Source of the DNA: an uncultured Hyphomicrobiales bacterium | GTDB lineage: Bacteria; Bacteroidota; Ignavibacteria; Kapaibacteriales; UBA2268 | NCBI GenBank assembly: GCA_964511865.1 | Contig: CAZEHW010000003.1 | Span: forward strand, 1-43,027 | DNA length: 43,027 bases | Reading direction: 5' to 3' | Part shown: positions 8,854-17,246 of the stretch, piece after piece | How the letters are laid out: each line of letters opens with the position of its first letter | Numbering within the stretch: the stretch's first letter is position 1 | The notes under the pieces: model-generated | Databases searched by the model: none | The model's input: the letters and a program-made list of their open reading frames with translations, nothing else | Told to the model about the DNA's origin: nothing | Position numbers and translations under genes: made by a program

Positions 8854-10143
8854 ATGAATATGAAAGATATAATAAAGGAAGCGATATCGGATTTCCAATT
8901 GAGGAAATTAGAGGATATATTGCCAAGAGAGCTTGCTCTTCCGGTTAATACTAAGAAAATAATAAGTGTTCTTGGTGTAAGGCGAAGCGGTAAGACTTAT
9001 TTATTGCTCGATACCGTTAAAAAGCTTTTAGTCAAAGGAATAAAAATAGAGCAGATATTATATCTGAATTTCGAGGATGAACGCTTGTCTTTAAAAACAA
9101 GTGAGCTTGATTTGATATTGCAGTCGTACCGTGAACTCTTTCCTGATGCAGATTTATCAAAAGCATATTTCTTTTTTGATGAGATACAAAATGTTGATGG
9201 TTGGGAAAAATTTATACGCAGGGTTTACGACACTATAACAAAAAACATATATCTGACCGGCTCAAACTCAAAATTCCTCGGCAATGAAATAGCTTCTTCA
9301 TTGCGTGGCAGGACTGTAACTTACGAGGTGTTCCCTTTGAGTTATCGTGAGTATTTGTCGTTCGAGGGATTGAAAGCAGATAATATGAGTTCGAGGAATA
9401 AAGCCAAACTCATAAATGCATTTGATGTTTATTTGAAGAATGGAGGTTTTCCCGAAACTATAAAAATGAATGATGTTTTCAGGGATAAAACTTTGCAGGA
9501 ATATTTCAATATAATGCTGTATAAAGATATGGTCGAGAGGTATAATATATCCAACACAAATATATTGAAATATTTTCTTGAAAGAGTTTTGTTGAATTTA
9601 GGTAAGCCGACATCAGTTAATAAAATATATAATGAATTGAAATCAAATAATTACAAGACTACAAAAAACATATTGTACGATATGCTGGATTGGGCTGAGT
9701 CAATATATTATTTGTTCCGTGTTTATAAATTCAATTATTCGAGAATAGACCGCGAAAAAAGTGATAAAAAAGTATATATAGTTGATAACGGATTGGTAAA
9801 CTCATTGACTTTTCGCTTTTCCGAAGATTACGGTCAATTGCTGGAAAATCTCGTAGCAGTTCATTTGAAAAGCATATATGCAGACAAACTCTTTTACTTC
9901 AAAAATGGCAGTGAATGTGATTTTGTTGCTTTTGATAAAAATAAGCCGGATAATGTTGTGCAGGTTTCTTATGATGTTTCAGACAAGGATACATTGGCAA
10001 GAGAGCTGAGAGGGCTTTACGATGCTTGCGAATATTTGAAAATAAAAAGAGCAATAATAGTAACTCAAAGCATGGAAAAACAAATGAAGCATAATGGCAT
10101 AAGTGTGAACATAATACCAGCATATAAATATTTGCTTTTATAA
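8854..10143 (+). CDS. AAA-family ATPase (AAA_14 + DUF4143-type architecture)
   Basis: Walker A 'GVRRSGKTYLL', Walker B-like 'YFFFDEIQNVDGW', and a C-terminal region with the look of DUF4143 proteins (429 aa is typical for the family). Confidence 0.8.
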   Translation: MNMKDIIKEAISDFQLRKLEDILPRELALPVNTKKIISVLGVRRSGKTYLLLDTVKKLLVKGIKIEQILYLNFEDERLSLKTSELDLILQSYRELFPDADLSKAYFFFDEIQNVDGWEKFIRRVYDTITKNIYLTGSNSKFLGNEIASSLRGRTVTYEVFPLSYREYLSFEGLKADNMSSRNKAKLINAFDVYLKNGGFPETIKMNDVFRDKTLQEYFNIMLYKDMVERYNISNTNILKYFLERVLLNLGKPTSVNKIYNELKSNNYKTTKNILYDMLDWAESIYYLFRVYKFNYSRIDREKSDKKVYIVDNGLVNSLTFRFSEDYGQLLENLVAVHLKSIYADKLFYFKNGSECDFVAFDKNKPDNVVQVSYDVSDKDTLARELRGLYDACEYLKIKRAIIVTQSMEKQMKHNGISVNIIPAYKYLLL

Positions 10144-10145
10144 TC

Positions 10146-10196
10146 TTTCCTTAATTTAAGGAAAATATATTAATTATTTTCCTTAAATTAAGGAAA
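10146..10196. promoter_or_regulatory. Two further copies of the same palindrome downstream of the ATPase gene, between convergent genes
   Basis: TTTCCTTAATTTAAGGAAA at 10146-10164 and TTTCCTTAAATTAAGGAAA at 10178-10196. Confidence 0.6.
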
Positions 10197-10203
10197 GATG
10201 TTT

Positions 10204-11355
10204 TTAGCTCAATTCAATTATTAATGCATTTAATAATGCTGAATAATCTTCTTCACTATTATATATCTGTGATGATATTCTTAGGACTAATCTATCTTTG
10301 AAGGGATTCATGAAGACTTCAATGTTGTATTTATTTATTAGTTTTTTTCTTAAAGCGATGACATCTTCAATAGTATTCCCTACGGACAATGGTAACCAGA
10401 AACTCTGCATAAGTCCTGTCAGATTTTCATGTGACATGGGTTCTAACCCGAGTTCTTCAATAATTAAATTCCGTGCGAATAAACTAAGTCTCCTGCAATA
10501 ATTATAACTAAAATTTTCCTTATAAAATTTCAAGCACTCCGGTGCAGTAAGCCATGAACAAAAATTTCTTGTACCAACCCAGTCGAACTCTTTTGTAAAA
10601 CCATTACCAAAATCATTTGATATTACAGTTGGATGAATTGGGATTTTCTGCGTTTCTGATGAAAACAAAATCGCTGTCCCTTTTGGTGCAAAAAGCCATT
10701 TATGCAGGTTTCCTGTGTACCAATCAGCATTAAGTTCAGATAAATCCAATGAAACTGAACCCGGAGCATGAGCGCCATCAATTAAAGTTAGTATTCCTTT
10801 TGTTTTGCAATGTTGAATTATTTCTTTAATTGGAATGATTATTCCGGAGATAGATTTGATATGGTCAATAACTAACAATTTTGTTTTAGCTGTAATCTCG
10901 GATAGAATAATCATTTTTATTTGTTCATCTGACTCTACATAATCAGGCAAATCGGCTACTATGATTTTACATCCTGTTAAAGTGCTAATATAATTTAGAG
11001 TATTCTTAACTGCAGGATAGTAATGTGATGCAGTCAGGATTTCCGATTCACTATTTAGTTCTTTCAATAATGAAAACAAAACAGAATTTACCCCTGTGGT
11101 AGCATTATCAACAAAAGCAAGATTGTCTGGATTAACATTGAGGAATGATGAAATTGCTTTTCGGGATTCATTAATCATAGCAGGATAATCCTCAAGATAA
11201 AATATCATGGGATTTCTATCTATTTGTTCTGTCAGTTCTATAAATCGCTGTAAAACAGCTTTTGGAGTAGCTCCAAAAGAACCATGATTCAGATAAATTA
11301 AATTCTTATCTAAATAAAAGAGTTCTTTATCTACCGGGTATTTTCTATCAACCAT
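10204..11355 (-). CDS. Class V aminotransferase-fold PLP enzyme (cysteine desulfurase / isopenicillin-N epimerase-like)
   Basis: 'LNHGSFGATPK', 'DGAHAPG' and the PLP-lysine context 'GNLHKWLFAPKG'. The start is moved to ATG 11355 (MVDRKYP...). The 43-aa extension on the ORF track reads through the (AGGGAGA)4 repeat and overlaps the upstream gene. Confidence 0.85.
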   Translation of the reverse strand: MVDRKYPVDKELFYLDKNLIYLNHGSFGATPKAVLQRFIELTEQIDRNPMIFYLEDYPAMINESRKAISSFLNVNPDNLAFVDNATTGVNSVLFSLLKELNSESEILTASHYYPAVKNTLNYISTLTGCKIIVADLPDYVESDEQIKMIILSEITAKTKLLVIDHIKSISGIIIPIKEIIQHCKTKGILTLIDGAHAPGSVSLDLSELNADWYTGNLHKWLFAPKGTAILFSSETQKIPIHPTVISNDFGNGFTKEFDWVGTRNFCSWLTAPECLKFYKENFSYNYCRRLSLFARNLIIEELGLEPMSHENLTGLMQSFWLPLSVGNTIEDVIALRKKLINKYNIEVFMNPFKDRLVLRISSQIYNSEEDYSALLNALIIELS

Positions 11356-11378
11356 TTTGTCAGTTATTAAGTTCTTTA

Positions 11379-11416
11379 TTTCTTCTCCCTTCTCCCTTCT
11401 CCCTTCTCCCTTCCTC
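11379..11416 (-). repeat. Polypurine tract (sense to the flanking minus-strand genes) containing a 7-bp tandem repeat, (AGGGAGA)x4
   Basis: The plus strand is a 38-nt pyrimidine-only run, ...tct TCTCCCT TCTCCCT TCTCCCT TCTCCCT tcctc. It lies in the 85-nt spacer between the guanylyltransferase stop (11441) and the aminotransferase start (11355). Confidence 0.9.
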
Positions 11417-11440
11417 AACAATTCGTAATTCTTAATTAAA

Positions 11441-12565
11441 TCAGAGCCAATTATCAGAACCTGATTTCCTGATTTCTTCAACACATTTTTTTACTTCCTG
11501 AACTCTGTCCTTTGGGCAGACAAGAACTGCATCATCAGTAACAACTACAACCATATTATCAAGTCCTAATCCTGCTACTATTTTTCCTTCCATACTTGAA
11601 TTAATAATTACTGAATCCTTCGAGTCAATTATGACAGCTTTTCCATCAAGTATATTATTATTTTTGTCAGCAGGTTTTACTCTGTGCAAAGAATCCCAGG
11701 AACCAACGTCATCCCAATTAAAGAGTGCTTTGGCGACAACTACATTTTCTGCTTTTTCCATTAATCCATAGTCAATTGATATATCAGGAAAATTTTTGAA
11801 AGTATCATCAATTGTTCTTAATGGTTCAGATAGAGCGAGATTTGTTTTTCCTTTGTACAGGTTTGAGATTGAATCTATTTCATTTCCAACAGAGGGAAGA
11901 CATTTTATCATGTTTTCAATGAATGTGTCAAGACGCCAGAAGAACATGCCGCTGTTCCATAAATATTTCCCGCTGATTATATATTTTTCGGCTGTATTGA
12001 TATCAGGTTTTTCATGAAATGCTTTAACGGATTTTATCTCGGATGAATCATTATCGTAGTTGAATTTGTCTGCTGTTTCTATGTAGCCGTAGCCGGTCTC
12101 AGGTCTTGTAGGACGAATGCCGATTGTGCATAATACTTTGTTGTTTTCAACATAATCCATAGCTGAGTTAATTGTATTAATGAACCCTTCATTAGGGTCT
12201 ATGCTCTGGTCGGCGGTTAAAACAGCGATTGAAATTTCATCCGGTTTAAAATAATCAGCGTATTTGGTTTTAATGAAAGCCGCCGCTAAAGCGAGACAGG
12301 GTGCTGTGTTGCGTTTATGTGGTTCGGCTATAATATTTTCAGCCGGTAATATAGTTAAAGAGTTTCTTATCGGCTCGAGCAAAGTTTCACTTGTTATAAT
12401 AAAAATATCCTCGGGAGGAATCAATGGAGCTATTCTTTGAATTGATTCTTCGAGCATAGTCCTTTCAGATATTAATGGTAATAGCTGTTTTGGTTTTTTC
12501 TTCCTGCTGAGGGGCCAGAATCTTTCTCCTGAGCCGCCTGCCATGATAACTGCTGTTCGTTTCAT
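11441..12565 (-). CDS. Mannose-1-phosphate guanylyltransferase-like sugar nucleotidyltransferase
   Basis: N-terminal 'AVIMAGGSGERFWPLSRKKKPKQLL' signature, 'ETGYGYIE', 'FHEKPD', 'WNSGMFFW'. Confidence 0.85.
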   Translation of the reverse strand: MKRTAVIMAGGSGERFWPLSRKKKPKQLLPLISERTMLEESIQRIAPLIPPEDIFIITSETLLEPIRNSLTILPAENIIAEPHKRNTAPCLALAAAFIKTKYADYFKPDEISIAVLTADQSIDPNEGFINTINSAMDYVENNKVLCTIGIRPTRPETGYGYIETADKFNYDNDSSEIKSVKAFHEKPDINTAEKYIISGKYLWNSGMFFWRLDTFIENMIKCLPSVGNEIDSISNLYKGKTNLALSEPLRTIDDTFKNFPDISIDYGLMEKAENVVVAKALFNWDDVGSWDSLHRVKPADKNNNILDGKAVIIDSKDSVIINSSMEGKIVAGLGLDNMVVVVTDDAVLVCPKDRVQEVKKCVEEIRKSGSDNWL

Positions 12566-12829
12566 ATTTCACTTTATTTGAATAAAAATATTAAAATACA
12601 AATATAGTAAAAACATTCTACATTAATTCTAAGTTTTAAGTTAAGAATGGTTAACTTCATTTTGAGTCTAACGAAGTATGTTATTACTAATGCAGGGAGT
12701 AATCTTTGTTTTTTTCAGACAGTCATGAAGAATTTAAACGCAAAGGGAACGAAGTTTACGCAATGTTTCGCAAAGTTTTTTGGTCAGGACTGTTAATTAT
12801 CGGATTTCGCTGAATTTATTTATATTGTG

Positions 12830-12983
12830 CTACTACATTTATGTAGTGGATAGGATTAAAAATATCGCTTTGGCTTTAGCCATAAATGTTTTGGACTAAA
12901 GTCCACAACTCACTCACTCCTATATCCACGACTTAAAAGTCGTGGCTAGTGTTGATTCAGAATCCACTATCTGAAGATAGTGG
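12830..12983. repeat. Cluster of five short perfect hairpins (REP-like or structured-RNA candidate)
   Basis: ACTACAT/ATGTAGT (12832-12847), TGGC/GCCA (12871-12882), TGGAC/GTCCA (12892-12905), CCACGAC/GTCGTGG (12926-12945), CCACTATC/GATAGTGG (12964-12983). There is also a possible long-range pairing of GTGGATAGGA (12846-12855) with TCCTATATCCAC (12918-12929). Confidence 0.5.
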
Positions 12984-13080
12984 CACAGTATTTTAAAGAC
13001 TAAATTGGTCGGAACTTTAATTTTTATGATAAAGCAAAATCATGTATTCATAATAATCATATAAATCATAGTTCAGATAA

Positions 13081-14127
13081 TTAGTTCAATATCAAATTTA
13101 TTAAATCATCGTGTATTTGTTTCCAGTTTTGGTTGAGATTGATGGTATTAAAAAGGATATCATGATCTTGAATATTAAAAACCTCATTTAATTCTCTTTG
13201 AACTGTTGGATATAGTAACATACCACGACAAGATGTGTTAATTCCACCTTTCGCTGCAATATTAGTTACATAAGCTAACATTTGGTATAAATTTTCCGAT
13301 ATGATTTTTTCAGAATCGTAATATGTTTGCAGTGCCTCTTTATAAAATTTAGTATCAATTATTAATTTATCATTTTCAAATTCTATCGAAATATCAGTTT
13401 GCATCTTTGGTAATAATTTCAATGCAGATTCATTAATTGATTTTGTGTCCCAAAAAATATCTTCTCGGTAAACTTTTGTTTTGCGGATATGCTTTGGCAA
13501 TTCATTTTTATAAAAATTTCTGACAAAATCCTCAAATAATGTTGCCATCTTCTTTTCGTCTCTGGTAAAATCTTTGAATTTATACTTACCTGACTGTTCG
13601 TCAATAAAGATATTATTATGAATTAACTCGCAAACATTTAATAAGAAATCATAAAAGTTATTGTTGCTGTTCAGTTGTATCATTCTAAAATGCTTATTTT
13701 CAATTTTAATTAAATCAATTCCACTTAATTTTAAATAAACATCTCTTAAATCACTTCGTATTTCTTTGTCAATTTTCTTCATATTCATAAGATTATGAAT
13801 AGTTGATTTAATAATCTGATTGTGCAAAACATTATGATTCAAATCATCGAAATGACAATGCATCTGTGCTTTTTTCATCAAGTTTTTCTTTAATGAAACT
13901 CCGAAATCAATCTTACCTCTTAATCTTTTTGTGTCTTCGGAAAACTCGATATAATTTCTGTCAAAGCCCCTTTTAATTAATTGATTAATTCCATTTTTTA
14001 ATACCACAGCAAACAAATCAATCAACTCAGTAAAGTCCTGAGCATTTACCGAAACCTGTTCTTTCTCTTCAAGTTTATTCCATGAATAACAGAGGAGATA
14101 ATAAATATTTTCTATCGGTATTTTCAT
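13081..14127 (-). CDS. mcrC: McrC-family nuclease subunit of an McrBC type IV restriction system
   Basis: N-terminus 'IENIYYLLCYSWNKLEE' is typical of McrC. C-terminal PD-(D/E)xK-like 'DISIEF...LIIDTKFYKE'. Its ATG overlaps the mcrB stop (ATGA at 14124-14127). Confidence 0.85.
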   Translation of the reverse strand: MKIPIENIYYLLCYSWNKLEEKEQVSVNAQDFTELIDLFAVVLKNGINQLIKRGFDRNYIEFSEDTKRLRGKIDFGVSLKKNLMKKAQMHCHFDDLNHNVLHNQIIKSTIHNLMNMKKIDKEIRSDLRDVYLKLSGIDLIKIENKHFRMIQLNSNNNFYDFLLNVCELIHNNIFIDEQSGKYKFKDFTRDEKKMATLFEDFVRNFYKNELPKHIRKTKVYREDIFWDTKSINESALKLLPKMQTDISIEFENDKLIIDTKFYKEALQTYYDSEKIISENLYQMLAYVTNIAAKGGINTSCRGMLLYPTVQRELNEVFNIQDHDILFNTINLNQNWKQIHDDLINLILN

Positions 14128-17006
14128 AGTTGAACGAGCTTTTTAATCTCATCATCAACCAGTTCGATACTATCAAACCAATATTCCCTAAGCAACGGTG
14201 CTATCTCACTTTTAACCACTTCTTCATACCATCGCCAGTCAGGATCAGGAACAATATCTTTGCCGGGACAAAAGAAACTATGACCAATGCGATAGCCCAT
14301 ACCGAGATTTTTATTATCACTAGCAATTTTTTCATTTAAAGAAATCATTTTATCAATAATCATTTCCACTATATTTTCCGTTACATTGCAGTCGTATAAG
14401 AATTTCTTGAACTTCGGTTTGGCAAATGCCGGCTCAAGAGTTATAAATCCGAATCTTCGTCTTAGTGCATAGTCAACCATTGCAAGTGAACGGTCGGCTG
14501 TATTCATTGTGCCGATGAAATATAGATTTTTTGGCAGATAAAATATTTCGTCTTCATTTTTAGAATATGTCAGTGGTATTGCAAAATTCTTTCCGCGCTT
14601 GTCCTTTTCAATTAACATCATCAGTTCCCCGAATATCTTACTGAGGTTGCCTCTGTTGATTTCATCAATGATAAAGAAATAATCGTTATCGCGATCCCAT
14701 TGTGCTTTTTTGCAGAACTCATAAAATACTCCGTTTTTTATTTCGAAACCGCCATTGTCAGTAGGTCTGTAACCTTGAATAAAATCCTCATACGAATAGG
14801 ATTGATGGAACTGTATCATCTGCACACGGCTTTCGTCCTTTTCTTCCATCATTAAATATGCGATTCGTTTTGCAACGAAGGTTTTTCCGACACCCGGAGC
14901 ACCTTGAAGTATAATGTTCTTTTTGTATTTTAAAGTGCTAATGATTTCCTCAAGTTCAGATTGTTCGATAAAAAGTTCGATTAGAGCATCATCAATTGTA
15001 TATTTTTCTAACACAACCGGAGGTTTTTTATGAACCATTTCCATAATTATATCATATTCTTCTTTGGTCAGTTTGAACAAACTTCCCTGATTGTTTTTCA
15101 TTGGTTCACAATTAAGCAATTCATTATTAGATTTGAGTTCATTCCACGTTACAGGTTTTTTGAATTCTTCGATTTTTTTGAATTCAAATTTCACAATTTC
15201 ATTATTTTCTTTGAAAATGTCCGTGACTTCACAAATGCCATCAACAATATTTTCAGGTGAAGTAATGTATCCAAGGATTTTGTCCTTTACCTGAACATTT
15301 TGGAAGTTTTTAAATATTCTTGCTTTAGTTCCCTTATCGGTAAATGATTTGTAATCATTTATAGCACCGACATTCATATCCCTGAAAGTCCAGATTTTTG
15401 GATTTGCGTTTAGCCACCAGAAGTTGGTTTCGGTGTTCGTAGATTCATTAGATTGTATAGGTAAATCAACAAGATTTTTTAATCTTTGTAGAAATTCAGT
15501 ATATTTTGTGATATTTGTGAGCGTTTTTAAAGCTAATTGATCCTTTGATTTCCATTCACCGGTTTTCAGCCATTTAACCTTTCGGCAATTCTTATATTCA
15601 TTTCTTTGCTCATCGTAGTAGAAGTCAGATTCTATTATGCCAAAACCAATTATTTTCTTTACTCCTTTTTTTGCAAAAATGAAATCTCCAATCTTTATTT
15701 CCTTAAGAAATTCGTAGCATGCTAAGCCATTGTTCACAAATGAGCTGTCATCTCCATATATTTCTTTCATTTTAACTTTGATGTCTTCTAAAGAATTATA
15801 TTTTGATAAATCCCCTAATTCATCCCAACCTATTGCACAAATTGCATTACCTATGAAGTCTTGCCATAACCTTGCTTTCTGACCGGGAGCTATAATCCAG
15901 TACTGTGGTTGGTCTGTAACAGGCAAATCACTTTCATCATAATGCTCTAAGGGTTCTTCATCTTCATCAATCTTCGCGGTATATTTTTTCTGAACTTTTT
16001 TAAATTCTGTTAAAACATCTATATCATCTAAGTTTACATTTTTACCTTTTTCGGTTAATTTCCACAAACCCCTGATTGAATTATCTAAATAATCACCATT
16101 TACCAAATACATCCTTGCCCAATGGATTTGATTATATATTTTCGGAACTCCTGTTTTAGTTTTCTCTTCTAATTCTAAGGAAGGTATTTTCATGTTTTTG
16201 GTAATTTCATCAAGAATGATATTAGATTTTGCTTCTCCGCCTAAATCTCTTAATAATTCAATTATAGGTTTATAGAATTTTAAAAATTTCGGTCCTTTTT
16301 TATTGGTTTCCACGCTATAGTTTTCTTCTTCATCTTTCTTTTCATTTTTCAATTCTTCGCATTTATAAACTTTCCAAAGGAAGTCTCCTAAATGGGATTT
16401 ATCCCAACTTTTAAAGGGTTCAACTGAACAAAGAAATTTACCAAGATGATAATTTAACAACAATACGTTTTTGTTATTAATTTCTTTGTCAATTTTTAAA
16501 TTAATGTTTTTAACCATTGGAATAAGTGCCCATGGTGCTGCAAAGTCCAAGAATTTATCAGGGAAATATAAAAACAAAATTTTAATTATAACCATATTCC
16601 AAACAGGTATTTCTATTTCAGAAATTTTATCGATTTCATCTTTTTGGACTAATTCGATTATTGATAAAATTTTGTTTTTTAAATCAAGATATTCATTTTC
16701 CAATTCCTCTGTTTCTAAAAGAAATTTTTTTCCTTTTATATGTTTGTAGTAATTTCCGTCTGATGCTCGATAAATTCCAAATTTTGAAGCATTTCCACCA
16801 CCAATTCCAAAGGGTATATTTTTCTTAAATTCCAGCCAATAACAAAAACTGTCATTATGACCTGTATATTCCTGTAAAGTCATATTTTTTAGATTTTCCA
16901 ATGGGAATCTTTTTACAAATAACTCTCTACCAGTTTTATCTTTCTTGATATCATCTTCATCAAATTCAAATGATTTTGCTTTTTGAATTAATTCTTCTAA
17001 ATTCAT
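14124..17006 (-). CDS. mcrB: McrB-family AAA+ GTPase with a roughly 690-aa multi-module N-terminal extension (uncharacterised module, Mrr_N-like winged helix, two PUA/EVE-like modules)
   Basis: C-terminal 'LQGAPGVGKTF', 'FFIIDEINRGNLSKIFGELMMLIE' and 'IGTMNTADRS' match McrB GTPase motifs. 'IIELLRDLGGEAKSNIILDEI...IHWARMYLVNGDYLDNSIRGLWKLTEKG' is Mrr_N-like. 'YWIIAPG...' and 'FWWLNANPKIW...' blocks look PUA/EVE-like. ATG 17006 with GAGG 7-10 nt upstream is preferred over TTG 17018. Confidence 0.88.
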   Translation of the reverse strand: MNLEELIQKAKSFEFDEDDIKKDKTGRELFVKRFPLENLKNMTLQEYTGHNDSFCYWLEFKKNIPFGIGGGNASKFGIYRASDGNYYKHIKGKKFLLETEELENEYLDLKNKILSIIELVQKDEIDKISEIEIPVWNMVIIKILFLYFPDKFLDFAAPWALIPMVKNINLKIDKEINNKNVLLLNYHLGKFLCSVEPFKSWDKSHLGDFLWKVYKCEELKNEKKDEEENYSVETNKKGPKFLKFYKPIIELLRDLGGEAKSNIILDEITKNMKIPSLELEEKTKTGVPKIYNQIHWARMYLVNGDYLDNSIRGLWKLTEKGKNVNLDDIDVLTEFKKVQKKYTAKIDEDEEPLEHYDESDLPVTDQPQYWIIAPGQKARLWQDFIGNAICAIGWDELGDLSKYNSLEDIKVKMKEIYGDDSSFVNNGLACYEFLKEIKIGDFIFAKKGVKKIIGFGIIESDFYYDEQRNEYKNCRKVKWLKTGEWKSKDQLALKTLTNITKYTEFLQRLKNLVDLPIQSNESTNTETNFWWLNANPKIWTFRDMNVGAINDYKSFTDKGTKARIFKNFQNVQVKDKILGYITSPENIVDGICEVTDIFKENNEIVKFEFKKIEEFKKPVTWNELKSNNELLNCEPMKNNQGSLFKLTKEEYDIIMEMVHKKPPVVLEKYTIDDALIELFIEQSELEEIISTLKYKKNIILQGAPGVGKTFVAKRIAYLMMEEKDESRVQMIQFHQSYSYEDFIQGYRPTDNGGFEIKNGVFYEFCKKAQWDRDNDYFFIIDEINRGNLSKIFGELMMLIEKDKRGKNFAIPLTYSKNEDEIFYLPKNLYFIGTMNTADRSLAMVDYALRRRFGFITLEPAFAKPKFKKFLYDCNVTENIVEMIIDKMISLNEKIASDNKNLGMGYRIGHSFFCPGKDIVPDPDWRWYEEVVKSEIAPLLREYWFDSIELVDDEIKKLVQL

Positions 17007-17246
17007 AACCACCCTCAATTATCTATTTAAAAACATTTTCTTCAAATATACCTATTTCAACGACAAATAATGTCATCTGAAATCTTAGAAACTATAATTA
17101 ATAAAATATTTACACAATTTACAAAAATTACATTTATCTTGAAACTTAAATAATTAACAAATGTGAAGGGTCGAATAACCCAGAATTGTAAATTATTTGT
17201 TATTTTTGGATTATATATCGTTATCAAATAATTATCAAAATGTACT

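Noticed and set aside
10204-11484. Long version of the aminotransferase ORF with a 43-aa N-terminal extension
   Set aside because: The extension is translated from the (AGGGAGA)4 intergenic repeat and overlaps the upstream guanylyltransferase gene by 44 nt. The recognisable enzyme sequence starts at the internal ATG (11355).
12846-12929. Hairpin cluster as a tRNA or tRNA-like gene
   Set aside because: There is no acceptor stem or T-loop (GTTCRANYC) consensus, and the stems are too short and too AT-rich for a cloverleaf. It is kept only as a generic structured or REP-like element.
17007-17018. TTG start (17018) for mcrB
   Set aside because: ATG 17006 is preceded by GAGGGTGG at appropriate spacing. 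The TTG would place the SD-like sequence inside the coding region.
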